64,000 nucleotides of DNA from an uncultured Acidimicrobiales bacterium (GTDB lineage: Bacteria > Actinomycetota > Acidimicrobiia > Acidimicrobiales > SZUA-35): assembly GCA_963803875.1 (NCBI GenBank), contig CAWDOA010000012.1:85033-149032 (forward strand), given 5' to 3'. Position 1 is the first letter of the stretch. Every line of letters begins with the position of its first letter. Positions 48,234 to 57,530 of the stretch are shown one piece after another. Below the pieces are notes generated by a model, which was not told where the DNA came from, ran no database searches, and saw nothing but the letters and a program-made list of their open reading frames with translations. Made by a program: the position numbers and the translations under genes.

Positions 48234-49176
48234 TTGGTACCTATGGATTTCTCCGCAGCCAACATCCATGCCGCCTGCGCGGCCAAGGGCCTGATCCCAC
48301 CCGATCACGTTGTGGAACAGCTGGTGGCGGCGCTCGACGCCCAGAAACACGTGATCCTCACCGGACCGCCAGGCACCGGAAAGACGACGCTGGCCTATTT
48401 GACGGCAGAAATCGCACAGAAGGCGATGATGGGAACGGGCTACTTGCCGACGACCGCATCATCGGAATGGACAACCTACGAGACAGTCGGTGGATTTCAG
48501 CCGACCTCCGAAGGGCTGATCTTCAAACCGGGGCTTTTCGTCGAGGCGATCATGCAGGGCGCATGGCTGATCATCGACGAACTGAACCGAGCCAACTTCG
48601 ATCGAGCGTTCGGACCGTTCTTCACGGTCCTGTCAGGGTCGCCGGTGGTGCTTCCGTACAAGCGAGTCGGCCAGAGCAAGCCACTGTCGATCGTTCCCCA
48701 GGGAACCGAGGCGCCAGCGGGCTCCGATCCGCTTCGAGTCCCCGCATCATGGCGGATCATCGCCACCATGAACATCCTCGACAAGAACCTTCTGTTCGAG
48801 ATGTCCTACGCCCTGATGCGGCGCTTCACCTTCATCGAGGTTGGCTGCCCTCCCACCGAGGTCTACGAGGAGCTTCTCGCCGGCCCGGCCAAGATCGTCA
48901 CTTCGTTCCTCGATTTCCGCGACATCAAAGACCTGGGACCGGCCATCTACATCGACGCCGGAAAGTACGTCGACCCGCAGGGCCAAGGACGGCATCACCA
49001 AGAGTCGTGCACTCTATGAGGTGCTCTACGCCTACTTCCTCCCCCAGTTCGAAGGAATGGCCGATGAGGATGCCACTGCGATCTTCCGGGTCGTCGAGCC
49101 ACTTCTCGATCCGCCGGAGATAGCCGAGGCACGTCGTGCGATATCTGAGGTCCTCGGCGTCGAACTGGTGGCATGA
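48234..49176 (+). pseudogene. McrB-family AAA+ (AAA_5) NTPase lacking an N-terminal reader domain; C-terminal frameshift
   Basis: Walker A is VILTGPPGTGKTT (48363-48386) and Walker B is WLIIDELNRA (48564-48593). The McrB-type signature is IIATMNILDKN...YALMRRFTF (48762-). The C-terminal ~65 aa continue in ORF 48841-49176 after a +1 shift at about 48965-48985. Confidence 0.7.
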
Positions 49177-50192
49177 ACACCAACCTCACCTCGACTCCGC
49201 CGGAGACCAAGACCGATACCACCACCGATACGGTCTCACCGAGCGAAGCGATCTGGGAACTACTCGACCACCCGTTTCAGCCCGTAGCTGCAACCCGCTC
49301 GATGTTCGGACTCAGCCCTGCGGCCGCCCGCTATGTCGTTGCTCGAGATCTGCTCAACAGCGACGAGTGTCTCGGTCTGTTGGACGCCGGACCGGACTTG
49401 ATCAGGCACATGTCGAACAATCTGGGCTTTCGCGAACTACGGGCGGTGGGCGCTGTTCTCGGGCCCATCAAGTGGCATTCCACGATCATGGCCAGGGCAG
49501 CAGCTGGATTCCCTGATGACCTGTTCATCTGCGAGGCCCCGTACCGCAACTTCGATCTTGCCGAAAACCAACTCTTCATGTTCGCCCTCAAACACCTCGT
49601 CGACTCGGGCCGTCATGTCACTGCTTTCGCCCGCGGCTCCTTCGACGATGATCGAACCTGCCTAGCGCGGGACCGCGCCCGCTGTGCAAAGGGGTTCTTG
49701 GAGGTGCGCTCGTTCGATGGGGTGAAGCCGATGAACGACCCGGGGACCATTCGCAAGACGAGACAGAGCAAGAACAGAAAGGTGTACGGTCCAGTGCTGG
49801 ACTTCATGCCTCGTTCGATTCGGCCGCTCAGCCAGTGGACGCTCACCCACCTCGGTGATCGTCGTACCTCTCAGCAGCACAAGATCATTCTCGCCGTCCT
49901 TGCCACTCTCCGCAGAGAGGGCATCGAGGTCCGTCCGTTCGAAGCCCGGGACGGCCTGCTCGTGGCTGGACCATTGGAGTATCGACACCCTGGCGCCAGG
50001 GGGTTGCCCGGCGCTCACGGCATTCGGATAGGCGACGTTCTGCTGGACGTTCCCGACGTTCCTGGTGACCATCCCGGCGCTGTACGTCGCCTGGGTCAAC
50101 GCAGTGGATCGTTGTCACCCCACATCGTCGATTCGGTTCACGATGTGTCTGCCATCGCTGACCGGATTCTGGCGGCTGCAACTAGCGCGTGA
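49173..50192 (+). CDS. hypothetical partner protein of the McrB-like NTPase (McrC/DUF2357-like N-region, no obvious nuclease motif)
   Basis: 339-aa ORF whose start overlaps the upstream stop (ATGA). The segment GPIKWHSTIM...YRNFDLAENQLFMFALKHL (about 49551-49589) resembles the D.pEN motif of McrC/DUF2357-type partners. I could not find a PD-(D/E)xK motif. Confidence 0.45.
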   Translation: MNTNLTSTPPETKTDTTTDTVSPSEAIWELLDHPFQPVAATRSMFGLSPAAARYVVARDLLNSDECLGLLDAGPDLIRHMSNNLGFRELRAVGAVLGPIKWHSTIMARAAAGFPDDLFICEAPYRNFDLAENQLFMFALKHLVDSGRHVTAFARGSFDDDRTCLARDRARCAKGFLEVRSFDGVKPMNDPGTIRKTRQSKNRKVYGPVLDFMPRSIRPLSQWTLTHLGDRRTSQQHKIILAVLATLRREGIEVRPFEARDGLLVAGPLEYRHPGARGLPGAHGIRIGDVLLDVPDVPGDHPGAVRRLGQRSGSLSPHIVDSVHDVSAIADRILAAATSA

Positions 50193-51890
50193 CCTCGATG
50201 ATCTCTTCCAGTCTGACTATGTCTTCGGCGCTGACTACTCCAACGAACTGGTCACCATCGGTGACGATCGCCAGCATGTCGTAGTCGCCCTTTTGCATCG
50301 CAACCATTGCGTCACGCACATACCAGTTGGGTGCTCCGACCGGTGCTTGGGAATCCATGATCTCGGTTACCAACGTCTCGCTCCAGAGCTCGCGGTCCAC
50401 AGCTGAGCAGCCGGCGATCGTGCAGAGACCGAGATAGGTGTTTCCATCGAGCACGGGAACGGTCTTGACCTGCTGTCCGATCGCGAGATTGTGGATGAAT
50501 TCGTACACCGTCGTGTCCGGCGGGACGCTGAGCGGGATTGGCTTGAGCACATTGGCAACAGGGCTGTTGGCCTTCCCCTCGACCAGGCCGGTCCTTTCGA
50601 TCAGTTGGCCGGTGCTGACCGACGAAGGTCCCGCCACGAGCTGGGACACCGCGGCAGCAACCAGGGCAGGGACAACAGCCCCGCCGCCGGTCGACTCGGC
50701 CACGAACATCACCGCTGCCAGCGGAGTTCGGTAGCCCGCTCCGAGAAACGCGGCCAGGCCGAGCACCGGCCACAAACCCTGGTTGGCACTCCCAAGTCCG
50801 ATCGATTGAAGTCCAGAGCCGACCATCTGACCGAAGAGCACGCCCTGAACCGCCAATGGGATGAAGAATCCCCCGGTGCCGCCAGCACCGACCGTTACGA
50901 ACGTTGCGACCGCCCGCAGAACAAAAATGAAGAGGACCAATGCGACGGCGTGCTCTTCCTCGAGCAGCCACTCCACAACATCAAGACCTGGTCCGAGAGT
51001 GAGCGGCCGATCGACGATCCGGTCGCTCAAGACTGCCAGCAGCGCCAATATCACACCTCCGATCACGACCACATTCTTCGCCGGGTAGGACACTGCGATC
51101 GCTTTGCTCGCCGAACGCACCATGCGTAAACCCGACCGGCAAAGCCTGCGCCGATGCCCAACAGAACGGCCCCTACGAGCTGGGCTGTCCCGACACCGGA
51201 GTCGAAGGCGAACGGCAGGACTGTCTCGGGTTCAAGGGCGATCGTGACGAAGGCCAGGTAGGCCGACGCCGACGCGAGAAGCGATGGAAGCAGAGCACGG
51301 TGGGCAAGATCATCTCGGTAGGGGGCCTCCAGCGCAAAGACAACACCGGTGGCCGGCGCTTGAAAGAGACTCGCAATACCGGCGGCTGCTCCGGCGGTGA
51401 GGAGCACCTTGGCGTAGTCTGCGCCGAGCCATGATCGAAGCGACCGGGCCATACCGAGCCCCTGCATCGAACCCGCATAGATCGCGGGACCTTCCAGCCC
51501 GACGGCACCGCCCAGACCGATCGTGGCCGTGCCCGACACGAGTCGAGGAAGCAGGTCGCGACTGCGCATGTAAGGGGTCTGTTGGTGGTAGGCCCGTATG
51601 TACTCATCAGCGGTAGAGGGAGTGATCCCTCTACCGAAGGTCCGGAGCGTGAAGGTTGCGATTGCCAGCCCCACCATCGGGGCCAGCGCAGCTGCCCATA
51701 GTGGAAGGTCCTGGACATTGCCGAGCAGCAGTTGGAGGACAATCCACTCGAGAACCGACACCGCTGCGCCGACGATCGAGTCCGAGGACCACCGAGACAA
51801 TGAGCAAGCGGCTGACATTCTGCTCGGGCGCCAGCGAGCGCAGGAATGTCGATACTCGCTGCACAGCGATCCATACTGGCCGCCACACAC
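50182..51890 (-). pseudogene. ClC-family voltage-gated chloride channel with two C-terminal CBS domains; frameshifted
   Basis: ORF 51063-51890 has GLGGAVGLEGPAIYAGS. ORF 50182-51123 continues with GAGGTGGFFIPLAVQG and a CBS pair (…VKTVPVLDGNTYLGLCT…MLAIVTDGDQFVGVVSAEDI). The junction is at about 51118-51125. Confidence 0.8.
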
Positions 51891-52301
51891 CTGCTTCTCG
51901 TGCCTATTCCACTACAAAACTGATGAGATTTGGGGTTCGAGCGCTCCAAATGGCGCGCCCGGCCCGCTGACCGTCGAGCAATTGTCCGCAATCATTCAAC
52001 TGAACGGCGATTTCAGTCGACCCTGGTTCGTTACGGGCGCCGAGTTCCTCTACAATGGGTGATCCAGTGCAAAGCACCGTGCATCAAGTCGTCAGGAGTG
52101 CCGCGTGAAAAGGGCGCCATCGCAGGTACGAGGAAGCTCGTGCCCTCAAACAAACAGTCCATAACGATGACATCGAGTCGTTGTTCGACAGACTCGACGA
52201 TGACCCGTTCGATCTGCCTGTGACCGACGAGGCTGCCCTCGTCGGCGAAGACGACGACTAGAGGCCCTTCGCGCTCTGCGGTCGGCGAACGTTGGCGAAG
52301 G

Positions 52302-53456
52302 TTAGAGCAGTTCGCCGCTTCGTCGTTCCAGAACCAAACCGCCCGAACCGTCAAACGCGATCGCTGCCTCGCCCCGAACAAGCATCTGAATAGGGCCACC
52401 GACGAGTTGGTTGCGCCATCCGTCGTCGAGGCGGCTGGTGTTCCCATCGGTGAGGAAGTTCTCCACGTCGGTTCGAGTGGCAAGCGCAGCCGGATCAAGA
52501 TCGGCGTCACGAGCTACCTGCGAGATCCATGAAGTGACAAGGGAAACGACAGGACGCAGCGCCCGATCCATATCGGAACCTCGCCGTTTGATTGGTTCGG
52601 GTGCCTCGTTGTTTCGACTTCGAGACACAACCTCGAGAATCGCCGGTCCAACCTGACCGCCGGTGTGCCGCCCGTCCACCCCTCGTATTCTCTTGAGCTC
52701 CTCGGGTGTGCGGGGAGCACGTTGGGCGATGCCGACGAGTGCGATATCGCTCAAGACCGAACGTAGGGGCACGTCGATATCAGCCGCTCGGGAGTCACGC
52801 CACGCCACGAGTTCGAGCGCAATACCGAGAGCCCGTCCCTTCAGGTTGCGGGCCTCCTTGATCCGACGCAGTGACTCCGCCGGGGTCCGTTGGTAGGTTG
52901 CGGTGGCCAACATCCTCCGGCACTCGTCTTCGACCCATTCGAGGCGTCCGCGTTCGCCCAGTTGGGCGAGGAGTTTGTCCGCAACCGACAACAGGTGCTC
53001 CACATCGGCTGCCGCGTAGGACAGCTGATCGGTGCTGAGCGGCCGTCGCAACCAGTCGGTCAGCCGGTCACCCTTTCTCAGCTGAACACCCTCGTAGCGG
53101 CTCAGCAACGTTGCAAGTGACGCCGAGGCCAAACCAAGAAACCCTGCTGCGATCTGGGTGTCAAGCAGCTGTCGGGGAAGCACCCCACACGATCGGAGCA
53201 TCACTTCGAGGTCCTGTGATGCAGCGTGCATGACGCAGAGGCGGTCCGAATCGAGGAGGGCGGACAGGGGCTGAAGATCCACCTCCAACGGATCGATCAG
53301 CACCAGCTCGTGAGGGGTCGCCATTTGCACGAGAGCGACCTGGGGATAGAACGTCTTCTCACGATGGAATTCGGTATCGATGGCGTAACGATCGCTGGTC
53401 AGCGCCCTCTCGATGAAACCCTCTAGCTGGGCGGCGGTGGTAATCGGTTCGTGCAA
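52302..53456 (-). CDS. rnd: ribonuclease D
   Basis: 384-aa ORF with a DEDD 3'-5' exonuclease domain (YAIDTEFHREKTFYPQVALVQM, VMHAASQDLEVM, YAAADVEHLL) followed by an HRDC-like region. Confidence 0.85.
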   Translation of the reverse strand: MHEPITTAAQLEGFIERALTSDRYAIDTEFHREKTFYPQVALVQMATPHELVLIDPLEVDLQPLSALLDSDRLCVMHAASQDLEVMLRSCGVLPRQLLDTQIAAGFLGLASASLATLLSRYEGVQLRKGDRLTDWLRRPLSTDQLSYAAADVEHLLSVADKLLAQLGERGRLEWVEDECRRMLATATYQRTPAESLRRIKEARNLKGRALGIALELVAWRDSRAADIDVPLRSVLSDIALVGIAQRAPRTPEELKRIRGVDGRHTGGQVGPAILEVVSRSRNNEAPEPIKRRGSDMDRALRPVVSLVTSWISQVARDADLDPAALATRTDVENFLTDGNTSRLDDGWRNQLVGGPIQMLVRGEAAIAFDGSGGLVLERRSGELL

Positions 53457-53462
53457 GATGAC

Positions 53463-54071
53463 CTACTCTAGACCGGCCGCCGATTCGATTAGACGGTCCA
53501 GTTCAGCCGGGTCATCGGCGTCAGCAACGTGCGATCGATCGAGCTCGACCAGTTCGAACGAACCCAGGTCGAGAACCGATCTCATGCGGCGTTGACCGGA
53601 CCGAAGAAGGTCATGGATCCCGCCGGACCACTGGGTGGGCCAGCAACCCACGATGGGGTGCGGTTCGCCATCGATTGACCCAACGGCAGCGGTTGAATTG
53701 TCACCCCCCACGATGAGGGAACGGACGACCGAATCGGTAATGCCGGGCATGTCGCATGGGACAACAACCACGCGAGCTACCCCTGTTGCCCAGGTCAGCG
53801 CAGTCCAGAGCCCACCGAGGGGACCCTGCCCCGGAAGGCGGTCCGGAATCGAAGGAACCGCCAACACCGCTGACGCCTCAGACGATGCGCCGATCAGAAC
53901 GACCGGGTCCGCGCCCGCAGATCGGAGGGCGGAAACGGCGACACCGGCCAACGGACCTCGCGGGGTTTGAGCGATTGCCTTGTCTGATCCAAAACGGCGC
54001 GACGAACCACCGGCCAGGATGGCAGCAGCCACCGGGGGCCGTCGGCTCAGCCCAGCTCGGACGGGGGCCAT
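53463..54071 (-). CDS. mobA: molybdenum cofactor guanylyltransferase (MobA-like)
   Basis: 202-aa ORF with AAAILAGGSSRRFGSDKA, PGQGPLGGLWTAL and VVVPCDMPGI. Confidence 0.8.
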   Translation of the reverse strand: MAPVRAGLSRRPPVAAAILAGGSSRRFGSDKAIAQTPRGPLAGVAVSALRSAGADPVVLIGASSEASAVLAVPSIPDRLPGQGPLGGLWTALTWATGVARVVVVPCDMPGITDSVVRSLIVGGDNSTAAVGSIDGEPHPIVGCWPTQWSGGIHDLLRSGQRRMRSVLDLGSFELVELDRSHVADADDPAELDRLIESAAGLE

Positions 54072-54487
54072 GCGGGATCGAGTTGTCGTAGGAAGACCGC
54101 GGTCCGTTCCGCTTCATCGGTCTCGCCGATCTCGGTTGCTGCCTGATGTAGGCCGTGCAGCGCTCGAAGGAAACCTTGGTTGGTGGGATGCTGCCACCGT
54201 ACGTACCCCGATCCACGCCAGCCGTTCTGACGAAGGGTGTCGAGTCCACGGTGATATCCGACCCGAAAGGCGGCGTACCGCTCGATCGGGTGCCGTCCCA
54301 ATTCACCGAGTCGGGCCCAGCCGTCAAGGTAACGAGGGTGGTCAGCAACGATCGTTGAAACAGCATTGCGGCGCTCATCAACATCAGCCAACTGCAACGC
54401 CGCATCGAGCCGGGAGGTCACCTCGGTGGCCACGTCAGGCAGGACGGTTTCAGGCGGGCCGCTGGTCCCAAGATCAAGATTGGTCAC
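54047..54487 (-). CDS. DUF3151 family protein
   Basis: 146-aa ORF reading HPRYLDGWARLGELGRHPIERYAAFRVGYHRGLDTLRQNGWRGSGYVRWQHPTNQGFLRALHGL, which I recall as the DUF3151 pattern. Confidence 0.7.
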   Translation of the reverse strand: MTNLDLGTSGPPETVLPDVATEVTSRLDAALQLADVDERRNAVSTIVADHPRYLDGWARLGELGRHPIERYAAFRVGYHRGLDTLRQNGWRGSGYVRWQHPTNQGFLRALHGLHQAATEIGETDEAERTAVFLRQLDPAWPPSELG

Positions 54488-54533
54488 GTCGTCACCCTAT
54501 CTCCCAGCCTCTGCAGGAGACCGCCCGAGTCGC

Positions 54534-55478
54534 TCAGAAGCTCTCCGTAGGGCCGAGGTTGGGATTGTCATCGGCTTTGCCGGTTGTCAAGAACGTTCGA
54601 CTGGCTTCGTAGGAGGCGGTCATCAGTTCGCGTCCTTTGCTGTAGTCGTCGAATCGAACCCGTGGTGAGCCGCCGGCGGGCAAGCGAACGATCTCACATC
54701 CGTCGGAGATCTCGGCCAGATCCTCCTCGACCCGTTGGACCCTGGCCGTCCAGTAGGCATGCATCAACGAATCAAAGGGTTTCTCCGGTTCCAGCGGGCG
54801 AGGATCGAGGTGCCCGACCTGGAGGATGTAGAGCTTGCGGGCACCGTTGGCCACAGCCCATTCCAGCGGGAGTTCGTTCACCACACCTCCGTCGTACAGC
54901 AGCTTGCCGTCTACCGCGACAGGTGGATAGACCGCCGGGAGTGCTGCCGATGCCATCAGAGCCGGGATCAGCGGACCATCGTCGAACCAGTGAGCCGAGG
55001 CGAGATGTGCATCGGTGGCAACGCAGGCAAACGGGACCCGAAGCTCGGAAAAGGTGCGAGCCGGAAGTTCTGAATACAGAAGGTCCTCCAACAGCTTCGG
55101 GTCGTGGATGCTGGCCTTCTTCATTGCGATCTGAGCAATGAACGGAAGCCGACTCCGTGGCATGAGGTCAGGTTTGCCATCGGCAAGGTTGCTCCACAGC
55201 CGGATGAGCCGGTCGATGCCCGAACCGGTGGGATCGGCGGCGAAGGCAGCGCCGTTGATGCCGCCCACCGAGCAACCGGTGATGAGATCTGGCTCGATTC
55301 CAGCCTCGTGCAGCGCCCGGAGCATCCCGACTTGCACCGAGCCAAGGACACCGCCGCCGCTCAGGACAAAGCCCACCTTTTCCTCGCCCTGAAATCGGGC
55401 CCGAGCCTCGGCAACGCGGTCGCGTAGCAGACCGCGCCGACCAAACCCGGTCGCAAATCGCCTCGAAATCTGAGCCAT
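54534..55478 (-). CDS. patatin-like phospholipase family protein
   Basis: 314-aa ORF with GFVLSGGGVLGSVQVGMLRAL and the GxSxG nucleophile elbow ITGCSVGGINGAAFA. Confidence 0.85.
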   Translation of the reverse strand: MAQISRRFATGFGRRGLLRDRVAEARARFQGEEKVGFVLSGGGVLGSVQVGMLRALHEAGIEPDLITGCSVGGINGAAFAADPTGSGIDRLIRLWSNLADGKPDLMPRSRLPFIAQIAMKKASIHDPKLLEDLLYSELPARTFSELRVPFACVATDAHLASAHWFDDGPLIPALMASAALPAVYPPVAVDGKLLYDGGVVNELPLEWAVANGARKLYILQVGHLDPRPLEPEKPFDSLMHAYWTARVQRVEEDLAEISDGCEIVRLPAGGSPRVRFDDYSKGRELMTASYEASRTFLTTGKADDNPNLGPTESF

Positions 55479-55535
55479 TGCTCAGATTCTACAGCCCCAA
55501 GGATTCCCGGGAGCAGAGCCCTCGGCAGGTAGCGC

Positions 55536-56964
55536 TCATGGGCACCGGACCATTCGGAGCATGTCGGTTGCACCGACCGTCGCACTGGATCCGCCCAGGA
55601 CGGCCACAATGTCGCCGGACCGAATGTGACCCTTCTCCTTCGCGATCCGGAGGACGTTGCTGACCGACTCGTCGTTGCTTTCGATTCGGTCGATCTTGAA
55701 GGCCGTTGCCCCCCAGCTCATCGCCAACTGGCGTACGGTGCGCTCCTCCGGGCTGAACCCCAGAATCGGGGCCTTGGGACGGAACCGGGCGATTGCTCGG
55801 ACGGTGAAGCCACTTCGGGAGATACAGATGATGGCCTTGACCCCCATCTCCTTGGCGGCCCGCCATGTTGCCATGGTCATGACATCGGTAACTGCGGCAT
55901 CGACCGATTGTGGTTCGATCAGTCGATCCCGCTTGATCTGGGGGGCCCATCCCTCGTAGTCGAACTCCTCGTCGGCCCGCTGTGCGATCGCCGCCATGGT
56001 GGCCACAACGTTGGCGGGGTCGACACCAACCGCTGTTTCGGCTGACAACATCACCGCCGAGGTTCCATCGAAAACTGCATTGGCCACGTCGGAGGCTTCG
56101 GCCCGGGTGGGAGCCGGTGCCGAAATCATCGACTCGAGCATCTGGGTGGCGGTGATTGCAGGACGACCCAGGGCGATGCAGCGCGGCAATGATGTCCTTC
56201 TGGAGATGGGGAAGCTCATGCAACGGACACTCCGCTCCCAAGTCACCGCGGGCCACCATGACCGCTCCAGAAGAGAGAATGATCCCGTCGAGGTTCTCGA
56301 CCGCTGCCTTGGTCTCGATCTTGGCCACGATCAGCGGGCCGCGCGGCGCTGGTTCGGTTCCTACCCGGCGCACATCGTGCGCGGACCGCACAAAACTGAG
56401 AGCGATCATGTCGATCCCGACGCCGATGAAGGCATCCAGCATACGAAGGTCTTGAGCGGTGGGAGTAGAAATCTTCAACCGCTCCGACGGGATGTGCAGG
56501 CCTGGCTTGCCGACGACGGTCCCGCCGTACTCGACCCGCACCTGCAACATGTCCAAGGTGGAACCGATGACCCTGAACACCACAGATCCGTCTCCGACGA
56601 TGAGTCTGTCGCCTTGGAGAACATCGTTGAGGAGTGTGTCGTAGTCGACCGAAAGCACCTCGTCGGTGCACGGTCCGTCACCGGGTGACAGAAGCAGTTC
56701 CTCACCTGTCGCCAGATGTCGAGGATGTTCAAATAGCCCGAGTCGCACTTTGGGGCCGGGAAGATCGGCGAGGATCGCCACGTTCTTGTCGCTGGATTCG
56801 GTGATAGTACGAATTCGGTGATATCGCTCCAGCCCGTCTTCGAGGGTTCCGTGTGAGAGGTTTATCCGCGCTACATCCATTCCCGCTTCGATCATGTCTT
56901 TGAGCGTTGCTTCGTCATCGGATGCCGGTCCGATAGAGGCGATGATCTTGGTGCGGCGGTTCAT
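55536..56964 (-). pseudogene. pyk: pyruvate kinase; frameshifted mid-gene
   Basis: ORF 55489-56964 has MNRRTKIIASIGPAS...ARINLSHG...ILADLPGPKVRLG...VARGDLGAE. It continues in ORF 55536-56246 with CIALGRPAITATQMLESMI...PTRAEASDVANAVFDGTSAVMLSAETA. The junction is at about 56181-56190 (apparent 1-nt insertion). Confidence 0.9.
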
Positions 56965-57043
56965 GGCTCGAAACGGTAGGCGGAATCGCGTCCGATGGGG
57001 GCCATAGTGGGGACCTACCCGTTGGTAACCGCAGTTCCCCGCA

Positions 57044-57514
57044 TCAACGAACCAGACTCAGAGAGTACGTCACATTGGCGATCGCTTCGGGCTTCTCCAT
57101 ATCCGGGCTCCCATCGTCGTCGGCGCTTGCGATTGTGACACGACAAACCGCCAGTGACCGACCCAGTTTCACCAGGTCACAGTCGGCGAAGAGGACCGGC
57201 CCAACAGGGCGGCGTAGAAAATCGATCGACAGACTGGTGGTGACAGCGAGAGCGGCATCTCCGAGATGACCGAGGATGATCGCATAGGAGGCGGAGTCGA
57301 CGAGACGCATCAGCGTGGGACCGCTCACGGTGCCGCCAGGCCGTAGATCATCGCCGCGCACCGGGTAACGCATCCTGCAGAAGCCGGGTTCGAATCGTTC
57401 GAAGCAATCCGGCGCAAAAGCATCCGCACGGTCAGGCCATACTTCCTGGATGAACGTGTGAAGACCTACGGCATCGAAGACGAGCGATTCGTTGGAGAGC
57501 GATTCGGCGGACAT
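57044..57514 (-). CDS. PaaI-family hotdog-fold thioesterase
   Basis: 156-aa ORF reading GGTVSGPTLMRLVDSASYAIILGHLG...TTSLSIDFLRRP...GRSLAVCRVTI. Confidence 0.8.
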   Translation of the reverse strand: MSAESLSNESLVFDAVGLHTFIQEVWPDRADAFAPDCFERFEPGFCRMRYPVRGDDLRPGGTVSGPTLMRLVDSASYAIILGHLGDAALAVTTSLSIDFLRRPVGPVLFADCDLVKLGRSLAVCRVTIASADDDGSPDMEKPEAIANVTYSLSLVR

Positions 57515-57530
57515 GGTGGCGTGGTAGCTC

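Noticed and set aside
52031-52510. 159-aa minus-strand ORF overlapping the 3' end of rnd.
   Set aside because: The part above 52302 is out of frame inside rnd. The part below has no start codon. It is kept only as a question about the 51891-52301 gap, not as a gene call.
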